Virus record (IMG/VR): IMGVR_UViG_3300014205_000004
Coordinates: 1-64,000 of that record
From: a virus
Lineage: Duplodnaviria > Caudoviricetes
Length of the DNA stretch: 64,000 bases
Reading direction: 5' to 3' (one strand)
Part shown: positions 62,717 through 64,000 of the stretch, in pieces
Numbering within the stretch: the stretch's first letter is position 1
How the letters are laid out: every line of letters starts with the position of its first letter
Notes under the pieces: generated by a model
Told to the model about the DNA's origin: nothing
What the model saw: only the letters and a program-made list of their open reading frames with translations
Databases searched by the model: none
Made by a program: the position numbers and the translations under genes

Positions 62717-64000
62717 GTGACCACCCAACGAAACGTCCTGGAGTGTACCGACGTCTACAAGCTCGGACACCTCCTGCAGTACCCGGAAGGTACCGACTAC
62801 ATCTACTCCTACCTGCAGGCGCGTACGGACAAGAAGTTGCCCGAGACCGTCTTCTTCGGGCTTCAGTACTACCTCACGGAGTACCTCGCGAAGCGGATCA
62901 GCCACTTCGACGTGGACAAGCTCGTGCAGATCCATGAAGTCATCCTCGGCCCGGTGCGCCCGGCGATGCTCGACAAGCTCTACGCTCTGGCGAACCTCGG
63001 GTACTGGCCGATCTCCATCAAGGCCGTACCTGAAGGCACCGTCGTGCCCGTCCAGAACGTCCTCATGACCATCACCAACACCGTCCCTGGCTTCGGCTGG
63101 TGCGTCGGGTTCCTCGAAAGCCTTCTCCTGAAGGTCTGGAACACGATCACCGTGGCCTCGTACTCGCTCCGGCTCCGCCGGCTCGTCAACGCCTTTGCCG
63201 AAGCAACGTGCGACGACTTCAGCCACCTTCCCTTCCAGGTCCATGACTTCGGCTACCGCGGCGTGTCCTCCGAGGAGACCGCCGAGTTGGCCGGCGCTGC
63301 GCACCTGCTCAACTTCTACGGCAGTGATACGGTCCCGGCCGTGCGCATGCTGATGAAGTACTACGACGCGCACTTCCCGATTGCGCTGAGCGTGCCGGCC
63401 ACCGAGCACTCGGTCATGTGCTCGACCGGGCCCGGCGGCGAGTTCGACGCATTCGAACGCCTCATGTTCCGCACGTACCCGGACGGCATCGTCTCGATCG
63501 TATCGGACACCTACGACCTCTGGCGCGTCCTCACCCAGTACGTGCCGCGGCTCGGGCGCAGGATTCTCCAGCGCAACGGCAAGGTCGTGTTCCGGCCCGA
63601 CAGCGGTGACCCGGTGAAGGTGATCTGCGGTGACCCGACCGCGGCACCGGGAACGCCGCAACATCGTGGCGCACTGAACATCCTCTGGGACACGTTTGGT
63701 GGGACCGTCAACAGCAAAGGCTACCGTGTCCTCGATCCGCACGTCGGCCTCATCTACGGCGACGGCTTCTTCTTCGAACGGTTCGAAGAGGTCCTGGGCC
63801 AGATGAAGGCGAACGGCTTCGCCAGTTCGAACCTGGTGGTCGGTATCGGCGGTCTCCTGCTCCAGGCGCACACGCGCGACGAGCTCGGGTTCGCCATCAA
63901 GGCTACGTTCGCTGTCATCGACGGCGAGCCGGTCGAACTCTTCAAGGACCCGGTCACCGACTCCAAGAAGCGGTCTCACAAGGGCCGGCTGGCGCTTCAC
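62717..64000 (+). CDS. Nicotinamide phosphoribosyltransferase-like protein (candidate Namat of NARP1), 3' truncated
   Basis: Manual translation gives TDVYKLGH..QYP, HDFGYRG, PATEHSVM, VSDTYD, RPDSGDP, IYGDG, KDPVTD. Confidence 0.92.
   Translation, partial: MTTQRNVLECTDVYKLGHLLQYPEGTDYIYSYLQARTDKKLPETVFFGLQYYLTEYLAKRISHFDVDKLVQIHEVILGPVRPAMLDKLYALANLGYWPISIKAVPEGTVVPVQNVLMTITNTVPGFGWCVGFLESLLLKVWNTITVASYSLRLRRLVNAFAEATCDDFSHLPFQVHDFGYRGVSSEETAELAGAAHLLNFYGSDTVPAVRMLMKYYDAHFPIALSVPATEHSVMCSTGPGGEFDAFERLMFRTYPDGIVSIVSDTYDLWRVLTQYVPRLGRRILQRNGKVVFRPDSGDPVKVICGDPTAAPGTPQHRGALNILWDTFGGTVNSKGYRVLDPHVGLIYGDGFFFERFEEVLGQMKANGFASSNLVVGIGGLLLQAHTRDELGFAIKATFAVIDGEPVELFKDPVTDSKKRSHKGRLALH

Larger units (their letters stand above)
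1..64000. mobile_element. Segment of a large tailed dsDNA bacteriophage genome
   Basis: Terminase, holin, phage-type replication module, dense overlapping small ORFs, ArdA and no host housekeeping operons. Confidence 0.95.

Noticed and set aside
62693-64000. 435-aa minus-strand ORF in the track
   Set aside because: Shadow of the plus-strand NAMPT-like gene
1-64000. Stop-codon reassignment
   Set aside because: Conserved genes are uninterrupted in code 11, and TAG, TGA and TAA all end genes at expected positions

Overview
The window is a segment of a large, GC-rich tailed dsDNA bacteriophage genome. It contains no rRNA, tRNA, CRISPR array or integrase that I could recognise. 1-15.3 kb is a minus-strand replication/recombination module: RecA, gp32-like SSB, UvsY-like mediator, class II RNR, a family A DNA polymerase split into UDG-like+exonuclease and polymerase ORFs, primase, DnaB, a putative initiator beside an origin-like palindrome, an HNH nuclease and an SF2 helicase. 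15.4-24.4 kb carries a holin, TerS/TerL, an MT-A70 methyltransferase, a PAS-domain gene with its own promoter, and FtsK. 24.5-53.1 kb is a long minus-strand run of small early-type genes, including UvrD, a C5 methyltransferase, a pentapeptide-repeat protein, ArdA and a sigma factor. From 53.3 kb the genes switch to the plus strand and end in a PRPS-like + NAMPT-like pair resembling the NARP1 NAD+ reconstitution pathway. The most unusual signal is about 11 genes between 23 and 46 kb that appear to start at near-cognate codons (CTG, ATA, ATT, ATC, ACG) behind Shine-Dalgarno motifs or in stop/start overlaps. For the C5 methyltransferase and ArdA, conserved N-terminal motifs cannot be translated otherwise. 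Also notable are a strand-polar TTGAA motif field, an exact 23-bp repeat 35 kb apart, a 29-bp duplication flanking one gene, and recurring intergenic motifs. All calls are from motif recognition by eye; no database searches were run.
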